Of a stretch of DNA of 64,000 nucleotides, positions 8,952 to 16,864 are shown piece by piece. Positions within the stretch are counted from its first letter, which is position 1. Each line of letters begins with the position of its first letter. Source of the DNA: Candidatus Latescibacterota bacterium (GTDB lineage: Bacteria > Latescibacterota > UBA2968 > UBA8231); contig OZ241362.1 of NCBI GenBank assembly GCA_965200315.1, positions 5,088,001-5,152,000 of the forward strand. The letters are read 5' to 3'. A model generated the notes under the pieces. The model had not been told where the DNA came from. It saw nothing but the letters and a program-made list of their open reading frames with translations, and did not search any database. The position numbers and the translations under genes were made by a program.

Positions 8952-10033
8952 GGTTTGACTTCTTTTGCAAAACAATACAGTACGCCGTCGGTAGCTCCGA
9001 TGACGAGATGGTCGGCGGCGATGGCCGGCGAAGCGGCAAGGGCCGCGCCCGTTTCAAAGCGCCAGGCTTCCGCGCCCGATGCGAGCGCGAGGGCGATGAG
9101 CGCATGGGTACCTATGTAAATATAATCACCGGCGATGACCGGCGAAGAATCCACCCGCGCTCCCGCGGCAAAAGTCCACAAGGGTTGGCCTGTTTGCGGG
9201 TCGAGAGCGTGTACTAGCTTGTCTCGGCCGCCGATGACGACTGCTTGGTCGGCAACAGCCGGCGACGAGTAAAACGGGAATTTCCGCACTGCGTGAGCAT
9301 AGCGCCAGCGGATTTCTCCTGAGTCCAAAGAGATGCTTAGTACTTCGTTACCAAAGGTGCCTAGATAGGCGCGTCCCGCGTGGATGGCGGTGCTAGATGC
9401 TACGTACCCGCCTAGCTCAAGTGGCTGGTGCTGCGTGCCGTCGGCGACATTCAAAAGACGCAGGTATCCGTCGCAACCAGCTACGGCGACGCGATTTTCA
9501 TACAGCGCCGGCGTACTGTGAATATACCCCTCTGTAGCGATTTTCCAAATCAGGGTCCCGGTGCTTGCGTCGAGGCAGTACAGGTGCTGGTCGTAGCTGC
9601 CGAAGTAGAGACGGCCGCCTGTGTAGTTGGCCGAGGAGATGATGCCAGCGTCGGCGGCGAAGGTCCAGCGGCACTGACCGCTTTGGATAGCGACGGCGTG
9701 CAAGGTGCCGGCTTCGTCACCGAAGTACACGGTGCTGTCGGCAACGGTGGGGGAGGACTTGATCTCGCCGTCGGCTTGGTACTGCCATACTAGCGTGCCG
9801 GTGTGCAAGTTGAGTGCGTAGAGTTGGCCGTCGAGCGAGCCGACGTACACCGTGCTCTCGTGGATGGCAGCGGTGGATTCGATGGCGTCTTGGGTGGGGT
9901 AGGCCCACAGTCGCGTTAGGGGCGGGGCGAGATTGGCAGTGGCGACGCCGGTGAGTTGGGGATTTCCGCGGAAGGTGTTCCAGTCGGCGGCGGCCGCGGT
10001 GACTAGGAGTAAGAATAAGAAGTAGAGTGGCAT
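8948..10033 (-). CDS. Secreted BamB/PQQ-like beta-propeller protein
   Basis: MPLYFLFLLLVTAAAADWNTFRGN; regular SSP(A/T)V..VY(F/V)G..DG.L(Y/H)A repeats. Confidence 0.85.
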   Translation of the reverse strand: MPLYFLFLLLVTAAAADWNTFRGNPQLTGVATANLAPPLTRLWAYPTQDAIESTAAIHESTVYVGSLDGQLYALNLHTGTLVWQYQADGEIKSSPTVADSTVYFGDEAGTLHAVAIQSGQCRWTFAADAGIISSANYTGGRLYFGSYDQHLYCLDASTGTLIWKIATEGYIHSTPALYENRVAVAGCDGYLRLLNVADGTQHQPLELGGYVASSTAIHAGRAYLGTFGNEVLSISLDSGEIRWRYAHAVRKFPFYSSPAVADQAVVIGGRDKLVHALDPQTGQPLWTFAAGARVDSSPVIAGDYIYIGTHALIALALASGAEAWRFETGAALAASPAIAADHLVIGATDGVLYCFAKEVKP

Positions 10034-10122
10034 AGCCTTTCCATCGCTTGACAGAGCTAGCTCCAAAGGCCCTTTTTAATTTTTTTAACGAGGCATTCGG
10101 CCTGTAACAGGGAGCAAGTTGG

Positions 10123-10473
10123 TTGGGAATTACATATATAGAAGGCACGGTCCGAAACGACGGGACAGAAGAGTCGGTCAGCTTCTTGGTTGATAGCGGG
10201 GCCACTTACACGCTGCTTCCTCAGCAGGTGTGGCAGTCGCTGAGGCTACAGCCTACTAGAGAGATGGACTTCATCTTGGCCGACGGCACAAGGGTCAGCC
10301 GTGGCATATCCGAGTGTTGGATCGAGCTTCCGCAGGGTAAGGGGCACACCCCGGTCATCCTGGGCGAGGCGCGCGACGATGCTCTGCTCGGGGTGGTGAC
10401 GCTGGAGGAGTTGGGGCTGGTTCTCAATCCCTTCGAGAGAAGCCTCCAGCCGATGCGCGCCCGCCTGACCTGA
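10123..10473 (+). CDS. Clan AA (retropepsin-like) aspartyl protease
   Basis: FLVDSGATYTLLP catalytic motif, LADG, LLGVVTLEELGLVLNP. Confidence 0.8.
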   Translation: MGITYIEGTVRNDGTEESVSFLVDSGATYTLLPQQVWQSLRLQPTREMDFILADGTRVSRGISECWIELPQGKGHTPVILGEARDDALLGVVTLEELGLVLNPFERSLQPMRARLT

Positions 10474-10539
10474 TACCCCTGCCCCGCGAGAAGGCTCAAT
10501 AGCTCTAGCAGTCGTCTCACATTCATCCTTTTCCTCCCA

Positions 10540-11646
10540 TCAAAACGCCGTCTCGTATAGCCGCAGGAAGTCCGCTTCTTGCAAAGGAAGCGGGTTGAAG
10601 GTGCCGGTCCACTGCCCGGCCGCTTCTCGGGCCATGATGGGTAAATCGCTTGCGGCGACCTGACAAGCGGCGAGTCGGCGCGGTAGCCCGGCTACAGCAC
10701 ACAGTTCTTCGAGATGGGCGGCGAGTGCGCGGGCACTGCCCTTGAGCTGGATGTCCGCGCACAGTTCGCCGTATAGACCGTCCACCACTTGGCCATTCAA
10801 GCGAATTACGTGCGGCAGCATCAGGGCCACGGCGCGACCGTGGGTGAGCGGGTAGCGGGCGGTGAGCGGGTTGGCGGTGGCGTGGGCGGCACCGAGCATG
10901 GAGTTTTCGATGGCCGTGCCGGCTAGGTGAGCACCTAAAAGCATGGCGTCGTCGTCTTTCCCGTAGTGGGGTGCTAACAGCCGCCAAGCTTGGCGGGCGA
11001 ACATTTGCGACAGCGGCGTCCGGCGGGTGGAGACGTAGCTTTCGACGGCGTGGGCGAGGGCGTCGATACCGGCGTCGGTGCGGACGCGCTGGGGGACGCT
11101 GGCCAGTACATCTGGGTCGAGGATGGCGATGTGGAAACGCGCTTTGCGGTCGCCGCAGGCCATTTTGGCCCCTGTGTCGCCGCAGGTAATTAGGGCGTAG
11201 GATTGGGCCTCGCTGCCCGTTCCGGCTGTGGTCGGAACGCCGATGGAGGGGAGCATGGGCAGGGGGGCTTTGCTGTAGCCTTGGTAATCCTGCATTTGGC
11301 CGCCGTTGGTCAGCAGGAAATTGATGCCCTTGGCGCAGTCCATCGCGCTGCCGCCGCCCAAGGCGACGATTAGATCAATGGGGCCGTGGGCGCGGGCGTG
11401 GCGGACGCCAGCGGCTACGTGTTTGGTGGTGGGGTTTTCTCCTACGGCGGAGAAAATAGTCGTCGTTAAGCCGGCATTTTGTAGCGCGTGGTGGGCCTGT
11501 TCGGCGAGGCCGGCTTGGACGAGGCCGGGGTCGGTTACGAGCAGGGCGTGGGGGCCGGCCAATGCCTTGGCCAAGTCGCCTAGCTGATCGAGGGTTCCGG
11601 CGCCAAAGACTACGCGGATAGACGGATCAAAGTCGAAGGGAGTCAT
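10540..11646 (-). CDS. Iron-containing alcohol dehydrogenase
   Basis: VFGAG, LLVTDPG, ENPT, GGGSAMDCAK, PTTAGTGSE, DALAHAVESY, LGAAH, HGRAVA. Confidence 0.92.
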   Translation of the reverse strand: MTPFDFDPSIRVVFGAGTLDQLGDLAKALAGPHALLVTDPGLVQAGLAEQAHHALQNAGLTTTIFSAVGENPTTKHVAAGVRHARAHGPIDLIVALGGGSAMDCAKGINFLLTNGGQMQDYQGYSKAPLPMLPSIGVPTTAGTGSEAQSYALITCGDTGAKMACGDRKARFHIAILDPDVLASVPQRVRTDAGIDALAHAVESYVSTRRTPLSQMFARQAWRLLAPHYGKDDDAMLLGAHLAGTAIENSMLGAAHATANPLTARYPLTHGRAVALMLPHVIRLNGQVVDGLYGELCADIQLKGSARALAAHLEELCAVAGLPRRLAACQVAASDLPIMAREAAGQWTGTFNPLPLQEADFLRLYETAF

Positions 11647-13037
11647 CCGGCCCGGCGCTGCAAGGCGCGCTGCTGGTAGAGGAAGTCGAAGAGATTGCCC
11701 TCGTGCGGCTGGTCCCAGGCTATTTGGTGGGTGGGGATCGGGCCGAGGTTGAGGCGTTCAATGTGGGGCGCGGCGAGCAGTTGGCGCGTTAGGTGCTCGT
11801 CCGCGGTGAGGGCGGTGGCTACCAGCGTCGGGCCGATTTGCGCGACTACTTCTTCTGGCGGGATTTCGACGACCGCGGCGAAGGGGAAGAGGTATTCGGT
11901 GTTGGCGAGTGGGTGTTGCCAGTCGGGGGCGTGGATTAAGGTTGGGTTGAGGAAGGTGCAGCCGCCGGTCTCGGCGATGCGTTCGCCTTGGTCTCTGGCC
12001 GTGTCTGTCGCGGCACCGAGTTGGGAGTCGATTAGGGATGAGACCTGGTGTGCTACTGAGGGGTTGGAGAAGGCGGCGATTTGGGCTTGGGGGTCGTCGA
12101 GGGGGCGGGCTTGGATTTGGCTCAGGCGTTCGCCGAGGGCGGCGGCGATGGCACCACCGTGGGCGGGCACCCAGATGCCAGAAGCATTGAGGCAGGAGCG
12201 GCCCCCATTGGAAGCGATTGAGGCGACCATGAGGTCGAGGTAGTGCTCCCACTGGTCGATTTTGTCTGCGCCGATGATGATCTTGCTGCGCCCTGGTCCG
12301 TGTAGTTGGACGCGAGGGTCGTCGCGCCAAGGGGCGACGGTAGGACCGCCGCCGAATAGTAGCGAGCGATCGCAGCGGAGCAGGATTTCGGTGCTGCCGC
12401 CGTGGTCGGTCGGGTAGTAGCTCAGGGCTTGGGGTGGACAGCCGGCTGCGATCAGGGATTGGGCGATGCGGTAGGGCGTCCACGGCTCTTCGCGGCCTGG
12501 CTTGAGCACTAGCGGGATTTTGAGTGGGATGGCTGGCAGCCACAGCGCGTGGACGCCGGGTGAGTTGCTGGGCAGGATGCAGCCGAGGGCTTGGGCGTGG
12601 GACGCGAAGTGGAGCGGACTTGGGCCGTCGTCGAGAATGGTCAAGTCCAAACCTCGGGTCAGGCCGCTGAGCACGGCGGGCATTTCGCGGCCGACGCGGT
12701 GGATTTTGTCCATGTTGGCGCGGGCAAGCGACTGCGGCAGGCCGGTGGTGGCCGAGACTTGCGCGACGTAGTCGTCCGGGGTTTGGCTGTCGTCGCCTAA
12801 AGGCAGTTCGGCGCGCAAGAAGAGGTCCGCGGCCCGTTGGCAGATGGCGACCAACTCGGCGACGGTGAGGGCTTGCAGTGCTTGGCGGTTGCGCTCTTGG
12901 GCAGCCAAGTCGCGGGCGATCAGGCCGCGGTTGGCTTGGCTGACTTGCGCGAGAGGTTGGCCGGTGGCGATGTGGGCGACAGCGAGGCGGTCGAGGCTGG
13001 TGTAGGGCTGGCCGGCGCGGAGGATGGGTAGGTGCAT
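11643..13037 (-). CDS. Aldehyde dehydrogenase superfamily protein (EhpG/LuxC-like acyl reductase)
   Basis: PSNSPGVH, LKPGREEPWTP, FGGG, HGPGRSK, GGRSCLNAS (catalytic Cys), EYLFPF; probable start MHLPILRAG at 13037. Confidence 0.8.
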   Translation of the reverse strand: MHLPILRAGQPYTSLDRLAVAHIATGQPLAQVSQANRGLIARDLAAQERNRQALQALTVAELVAICQRAADLFLRAELPLGDDSQTPDDYVAQVSATTGLPQSLARANMDKIHRVGREMPAVLSGLTRGLDLTILDDGPSPLHFASHAQALGCILPSNSPGVHALWLPAIPLKIPLVLKPGREEPWTPYRIAQSLIAAGCPPQALSYYPTDHGGSTEILLRCDRSLLFGGGPTVAPWRDDPRVQLHGPGRSKIIIGADKIDQWEHYLDLMVASIASNGGRSCLNASGIWVPAHGGAIAAALGERLSQIQARPLDDPQAQIAAFSNPSVAHQVSSLIDSQLGAATDTARDQGERIAETGGCTFLNPTLIHAPDWQHPLANTEYLFPFAAVVEIPPEEVVAQIGPTLVATALTADEHLTRQLLAAPHIERLNLGPIPTHQIAWDQPHEGNLFDFLYQQRALQRRAG

Positions 13038-13259
13038 GAGTTTGGATTTGGGGTTAGAGTTGGAGTGAGTCTTTGCGATCTGCAATCTATAATCTGCAAG
13101 AGTTTGGGGTAGCGGAAAAGGTGTCGTTTTCAGATCGAATTATACTGGGAACGGGGCGACGCTCTGCCAGAGGGTTCGCATTTATGTTTACTATGCGTTT
13201 CAGGTTAGTCGTCTTAGCTGCCATCTCGCGAATCAATTCCTAGACCGCGCGGCTGCACA

Positions 13260-13560
13260 AGACGATTCTGACAGGATTCATCAACGCGAAGAAACTGTTG
13301 TTACTGCGGAGCGGATGGAAAACTCGCTTTTTGCATCTACTGCTGAGGTGTCGGTGCGTACCGGTGCTGAACTGGAGTTTCTGCCACTAAAAAACCTCGC
13401 CGCTGCACTGGAGACGTTGCCGGGAATTTCGTTTTTGCACCGCGATGGGCTGGGGCGCGACCCGTTGGCAACACTGCGCGGTTTTTACGGTGGTGGCGCA
13501 GCAGAGTATCGGCTGGTTATGATCGATGGAAGGCCGATCAATGCGCTCGAGAAAGCTACA
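13260..13560 (+). pseudogene. TonB-dependent receptor plug-domain fragment
   Basis: EETVVTAER...SVRTGAEL...LAAALETLPG...LRGFYGGGAAEY..MIDGRPIN; homology then stops and no barrel follows. Confidence 0.65.
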
Positions 13561-13580
13561 GTACAACGGGATATCCCAAC

Positions 13581-13856
13581 TCATCGGGAGGATGCGTCTC
13601 GTTTGCGCGATTCGCCGATGACGGCCAAGTGCTCTTGCCAATCCGGTTCTCGCTTTGGGCCTTCCAATGCGTCGCAGGCGCTGAAGAACTCTTCAAGGTC
13701 GGTTGGGAATTCAAAGGGGTGGGATTGCTGCTGTTCTTCGAGCTGTCGGCGGGCGGCGGCCCTGAGCCACGCGCTCAAGGTCATGCCCTCGCTCCGCGCC
13801 TGATGAACGAAGCGAGCACGGTCTTCGTCGGGGATCACTAACTGAACTCTGGCCAC
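13581..13856 (-). CDS. Ribbon-helix-helix (CopG/VapB-like) antitoxin-like protein, orphan
   Basis: MARVQLVIPDEDRARFVHQARSEGMTLSAWLRAAA RHH pattern; AAAGGAG Shine-Dalgarno upstream of GTG; no toxin gene follows. Confidence 0.65.
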   Translation of the reverse strand: MARVQLVIPDEDRARFVHQARSEGMTLSAWLRAAARRQLEEQQQSHPFEFPTDLEEFFSACDALEGPKREPDWQEHLAVIGESRKRDASSR

Positions 13857-14375
13857 TTTTACCTACTCCTTTCTTGTAACCTTCTGCTGCTTTATTCTGT
13901 CCAATGGCTTCAGGTGAAATTCGGCCGCTCTCCACAAGAAGAGTGAAGTGAGCCAGAACGTCTAAAGCCTGCCAGAGAATTTTAGTAAACACATCACGCA
14001 AACTCTGACTCTCAATGCCAAAATCCTTAGCAATTTTTCGATAGTTACTGCCATCCCAACATCTTGGCTTGCGACAGCCTTTCTTGATCCAATTCAATAC
14101 TCATAACTATCTCTCTTCAAGAAGAATTTCTAACCCCAGTGATATATCCAATGTTTCTTATCACTTACACCCGGTCAGGAATGGCTACAGTGGCAGGTGG
14201 GATTGGCTATTTACCTGCTCAGCTACTGGTGTCGTGTTGTTGTAGTGGTATAGTTTGAAATTTAAGAATGGTGCAGACAAAAGCCCGATATCGACGAGTA
14301 TTAGAGCTTTCACAAAAACTCTTGATAATCCATTGCGCATCCCTCTCGATATGACTTCATCATAGAGTACACGCC

Positions 14376-15446
14376 TCAGTACACCCCCACCACCACAGAC
14401 TCCTGCAACTCAGTCAGCAAGCGCAAATTTTTAACCCCATCCCAAGGATACACGTCGATCGGCGCGGTGCGTTCGGCCTCGTCGCGTTCGAGGAAGCGGG
14501 GCATGAAAAACTCCTTGGTCAGGGTCGTGAGCATGACTTGGCCGGTCTCGCCGTAGCCGACCTTGCGCGCGGGGGCTTGGGGATCAACTAGTTCGATGAC
14601 GGCGCGCGGCTGCGGCGGGTAGTAAGTGATGGCGTACTCGTCGGCCGGGTCAAAGGGCTTGGGGCAGGCCAGGCCCATCAAGGTGTTGCCGTAGGTGGGC
14701 ACAAAGGCGAGGCCGGGCACCAACTCCTCGCGGGCGAAGCGGTGGAACTGGGCGTTCATTTCCGTGCCGCCGCAGAAGATGCCCTTAATGCCGAGCTTGA
14801 GCAGGGAGACTTTTTCGCAGAGCGCTTCGAGGAGCCGGGGGGTGGTGAAGACGCACTGTACGTTGTCGTGGGCCTTGAGAATTTTGAGTGCCTGATCGAC
14901 GACATGGGCTTTGTAGTCTTCCAACTCGCGCATCTGGCCGGCGCGGATGAGTTCGTTGACCCAGCGCGGGTCGAGATCCACCATAAAGCACAAGCCACCG
15001 CGTAGCTGGGCGAGGTACTCGATGGCGAGGCGCAAGCGGCGCGGCCCCGAAGGCCCCAGCATCAGCCAGTCGGCCCCTTTGGGAAAACCCTCTTCGGACA
15101 AACTTTCGCTGTAGAGCGCGTAGTCGGTGTGGAAGTCGCGGATGTTGATGCGGTATTTGGGCAAGCCGGTCGAGCCGCCGGTCTCGAAGACGTAGATCGG
15201 CTCGTCGGCGTAGGCTTTGGGCACCCACTGGCGCACCGGGCCGCCGCGCAGCCACTCGTCCTCAAAGTGGCCGAGCAGGGCCAAGTCGGCGTAGGAGCGG
15301 ATTTGCTCGCGTGGGTCGAAGTCGAGCCGCTGTGCGTAGGAAAGCCAAAACGGGCAGCCAGTCTCGGGGCTGAAGTGCCACTCGACGATGGCGCGGACGT
15401 GAGCGTCGAGGTCGTCGCGGGCAGCGGCGATTTTGTCCGCGCTCAT
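14376..15446 (-). CDS. EhpF-like atypical adenylating enzyme (ANL superfamily)
   Basis: Real start MSADKI at 15446 (ATGA overlap); WHFSPETGCPFWL, FETGGSTGLPK, DLDPRWV, GGTEM, YGNTLMG, YYPPQP, GQVMLTTL..EFFMPRFLERD resemble the EhpF/EsmD2 family. Confidence 0.75.
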   Translation of the reverse strand: MSADKIAAARDDLDAHVRAIVEWHFSPETGCPFWLSYAQRLDFDPREQIRSYADLALLGHFEDEWLRGGPVRQWVPKAYADEPIYVFETGGSTGLPKYRINIRDFHTDYALYSESLSEEGFPKGADWLMLGPSGPRRLRLAIEYLAQLRGGLCFMVDLDPRWVNELIRAGQMRELEDYKAHVVDQALKILKAHDNVQCVFTTPRLLEALCEKVSLLKLGIKGIFCGGTEMNAQFHRFAREELVPGLAFVPTYGNTLMGLACPKPFDPADEYAITYYPPQPRAVIELVDPQAPARKVGYGETGQVMLTTLTKEFFMPRFLERDEAERTAPIDVYPWDGVKNLRLLTELQESVVVGVY

Positions 15447-16864
15447 TGGCTTTCTTCCGCGATGGCGAAGAGGGTGTTGCGCGAGGCGATGTAGAGGACG
15501 CCGTCGCGGGCGACCGGAGTGGTGTACACGGCGCTGCCCAGATTGGTTTCGTGGAGTAATTCGAGCGTTGTGCCGGCCTTGAGTATATCGACGTCGCCGT
15601 CCTCGTCGCCGATATAGACCTTGCCGTCGGCGACAAAGGGCGAGCCCCAGATCGCGGCGAACGTGTCGTGGGTCCAGTGGTGGGTGCCGGTTTGGGCGTC
15701 GAGGCAATAGACGAAGCCGCTCAGGTCGGCGGCGTAGAGCAGGCCATCGGCGATGGCGACTGTGGAGATGGTGCGGTTGTAGTTTTTGTCGCCGAAGTGC
15801 CAGATTGCGCCCGTCGCGGTGATGTCGCCGCTGCCGCTGGCGTCGATGGCCCACAGGTGGCCCTCGCCTTCGCCGTGCTCGGGGTCTTGGCCAACGCCGA
15901 TATAGACTATGCCGTCGTGGAAGACGGGCGTGGAGACGAGGTTGTTGCGGGTGCCGCGGCCACCTAATTCCCAGACCGAACCCTTGGGGTTGCAGTCGAA
16001 TTTCCACAGTAGTGCGCCGGTGTCGGGCGCGAAGGCATAGACCCAGCCGTCGCCGCCGGGGAAAATTACCTGCTTGCGGCCACCGGCCTCGCCGTAGGCG
16101 GGGTTGGACCACTGGCCGTGCAGAATCTGGTCACCGGGCAGGGCGCTGTCCCAGAGGAGGCTGCCGGTCTGCATGTCGAGGGCGATGAAGCTGGGGGCAA
16201 AGGGGGCCGGGATGTGGACGTGGCCCTCGTCCACGCCGTTGCTGGTTAGGGCGAAGAGCCGGCCATCGACGCCCAGCGGCGAGCTGGTGGCGAGGTTGTG
16301 GGGGAAGACGTCCAGCTCGGCGATCATGTCGAATTTCCAGATGAGATCCGCGTTGGTGGGCGCGGTGGCGGCTTCGTCGGCGATGGGGCCGTCGTTCTCG
16401 CCATCGCGGAAGCCTTCGGTGTCGAGACAGACGACTTCGGCGCGGTTGGAGACATAGTAGAGGCGGTCGCCTTCGATATAAGGGGTGGAACAGACGCCCT
16501 GTTGCGGCCAGTCGTTGACGCGGCCAGCCGGCAGCTTGGGATGGGCGATTTGCCACAGGAAAGCACCGTCCTCTAAGGAAAAGGCCATCACCACGCCGCG
16601 GTCGCCCTTGTGGTTGGGGTCGCGCTCGGCTTGGTTGTTGGTGCCGACGAAAATTTTGTCGCCGGCGATCAGGGGGCCGGCGTAAGTCTGCGAGCCGAGC
16701 GTGGCGCGCCACTTGACGTTTGTGCCGCTGGCGGTGTCCCAAGTGGTGGGTAGGTTTTGCTCGTCCGAGACTTGGTTGCGCCCGGGCGAGCCGCCCCACA
16801 TGGCGGTTTGGGCACTGACGGAGGCGGTTAGGGCGAGGATGAGGCAAATAGCGATAGTCATCAC
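15443..16864 (-). CDS. Secreted PQQ-like beta-propeller protein
   Basis: Signal peptide, MWGGSPGRN, LPTTWD..NVKW, CSTP, blade repeats ending in W; acidic loop GFRDGENDGP. Confidence 0.85.
   Translation of the reverse strand: MMTIAICLILALTASVSAQTAMWGGSPGRNQVSDEQNLPTTWDTASGTNVKWRATLGSQTYAGPLIAGDKIFVGTNNQAERDPNHKGDRGVVMAFSLEDGAFLWQIAHPKLPAGRVNDWPQQGVCSTPYIEGDRLYYVSNRAEVVCLDTEGFRDGENDGPIADEAATAPTNADLIWKFDMIAELDVFPHNLATSSPLGVDGRLFALTSNGVDEGHVHIPAPFAPSFIALDMQTGSLLWDSALPGDQILHGQWSNPAYGEAGGRKQVIFPGGDGWVYAFAPDTGALLWKFDCNPKGSVWELGGRGTRNNLVSTPVFHDGIVYIGVGQDPEHGEGEGHLWAIDASGSGDITATGAIWHFGDKNYNRTISTVAIADGLLYAADLSGFVYCLDAQTGTHHWTHDTFAAIWGSPFVADGKVYIGDEDGDVDILKAGTTLELLHETNLGSAVYTTPVARDGVLYIASRNTLFAIAEESQ

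Noticed and set aside
14376-15446. Complete phenazine biosynthesis cluster
   Set aside because: Only tailoring-like genes are present; no phz core genes in the window.
15447-16112. N-terminal 222 aa of the 578 aa ORF 14376-16112
   Set aside because: Arg/Pro-rich shadow frame overlapping the propeller gene; the real start is at 15446.
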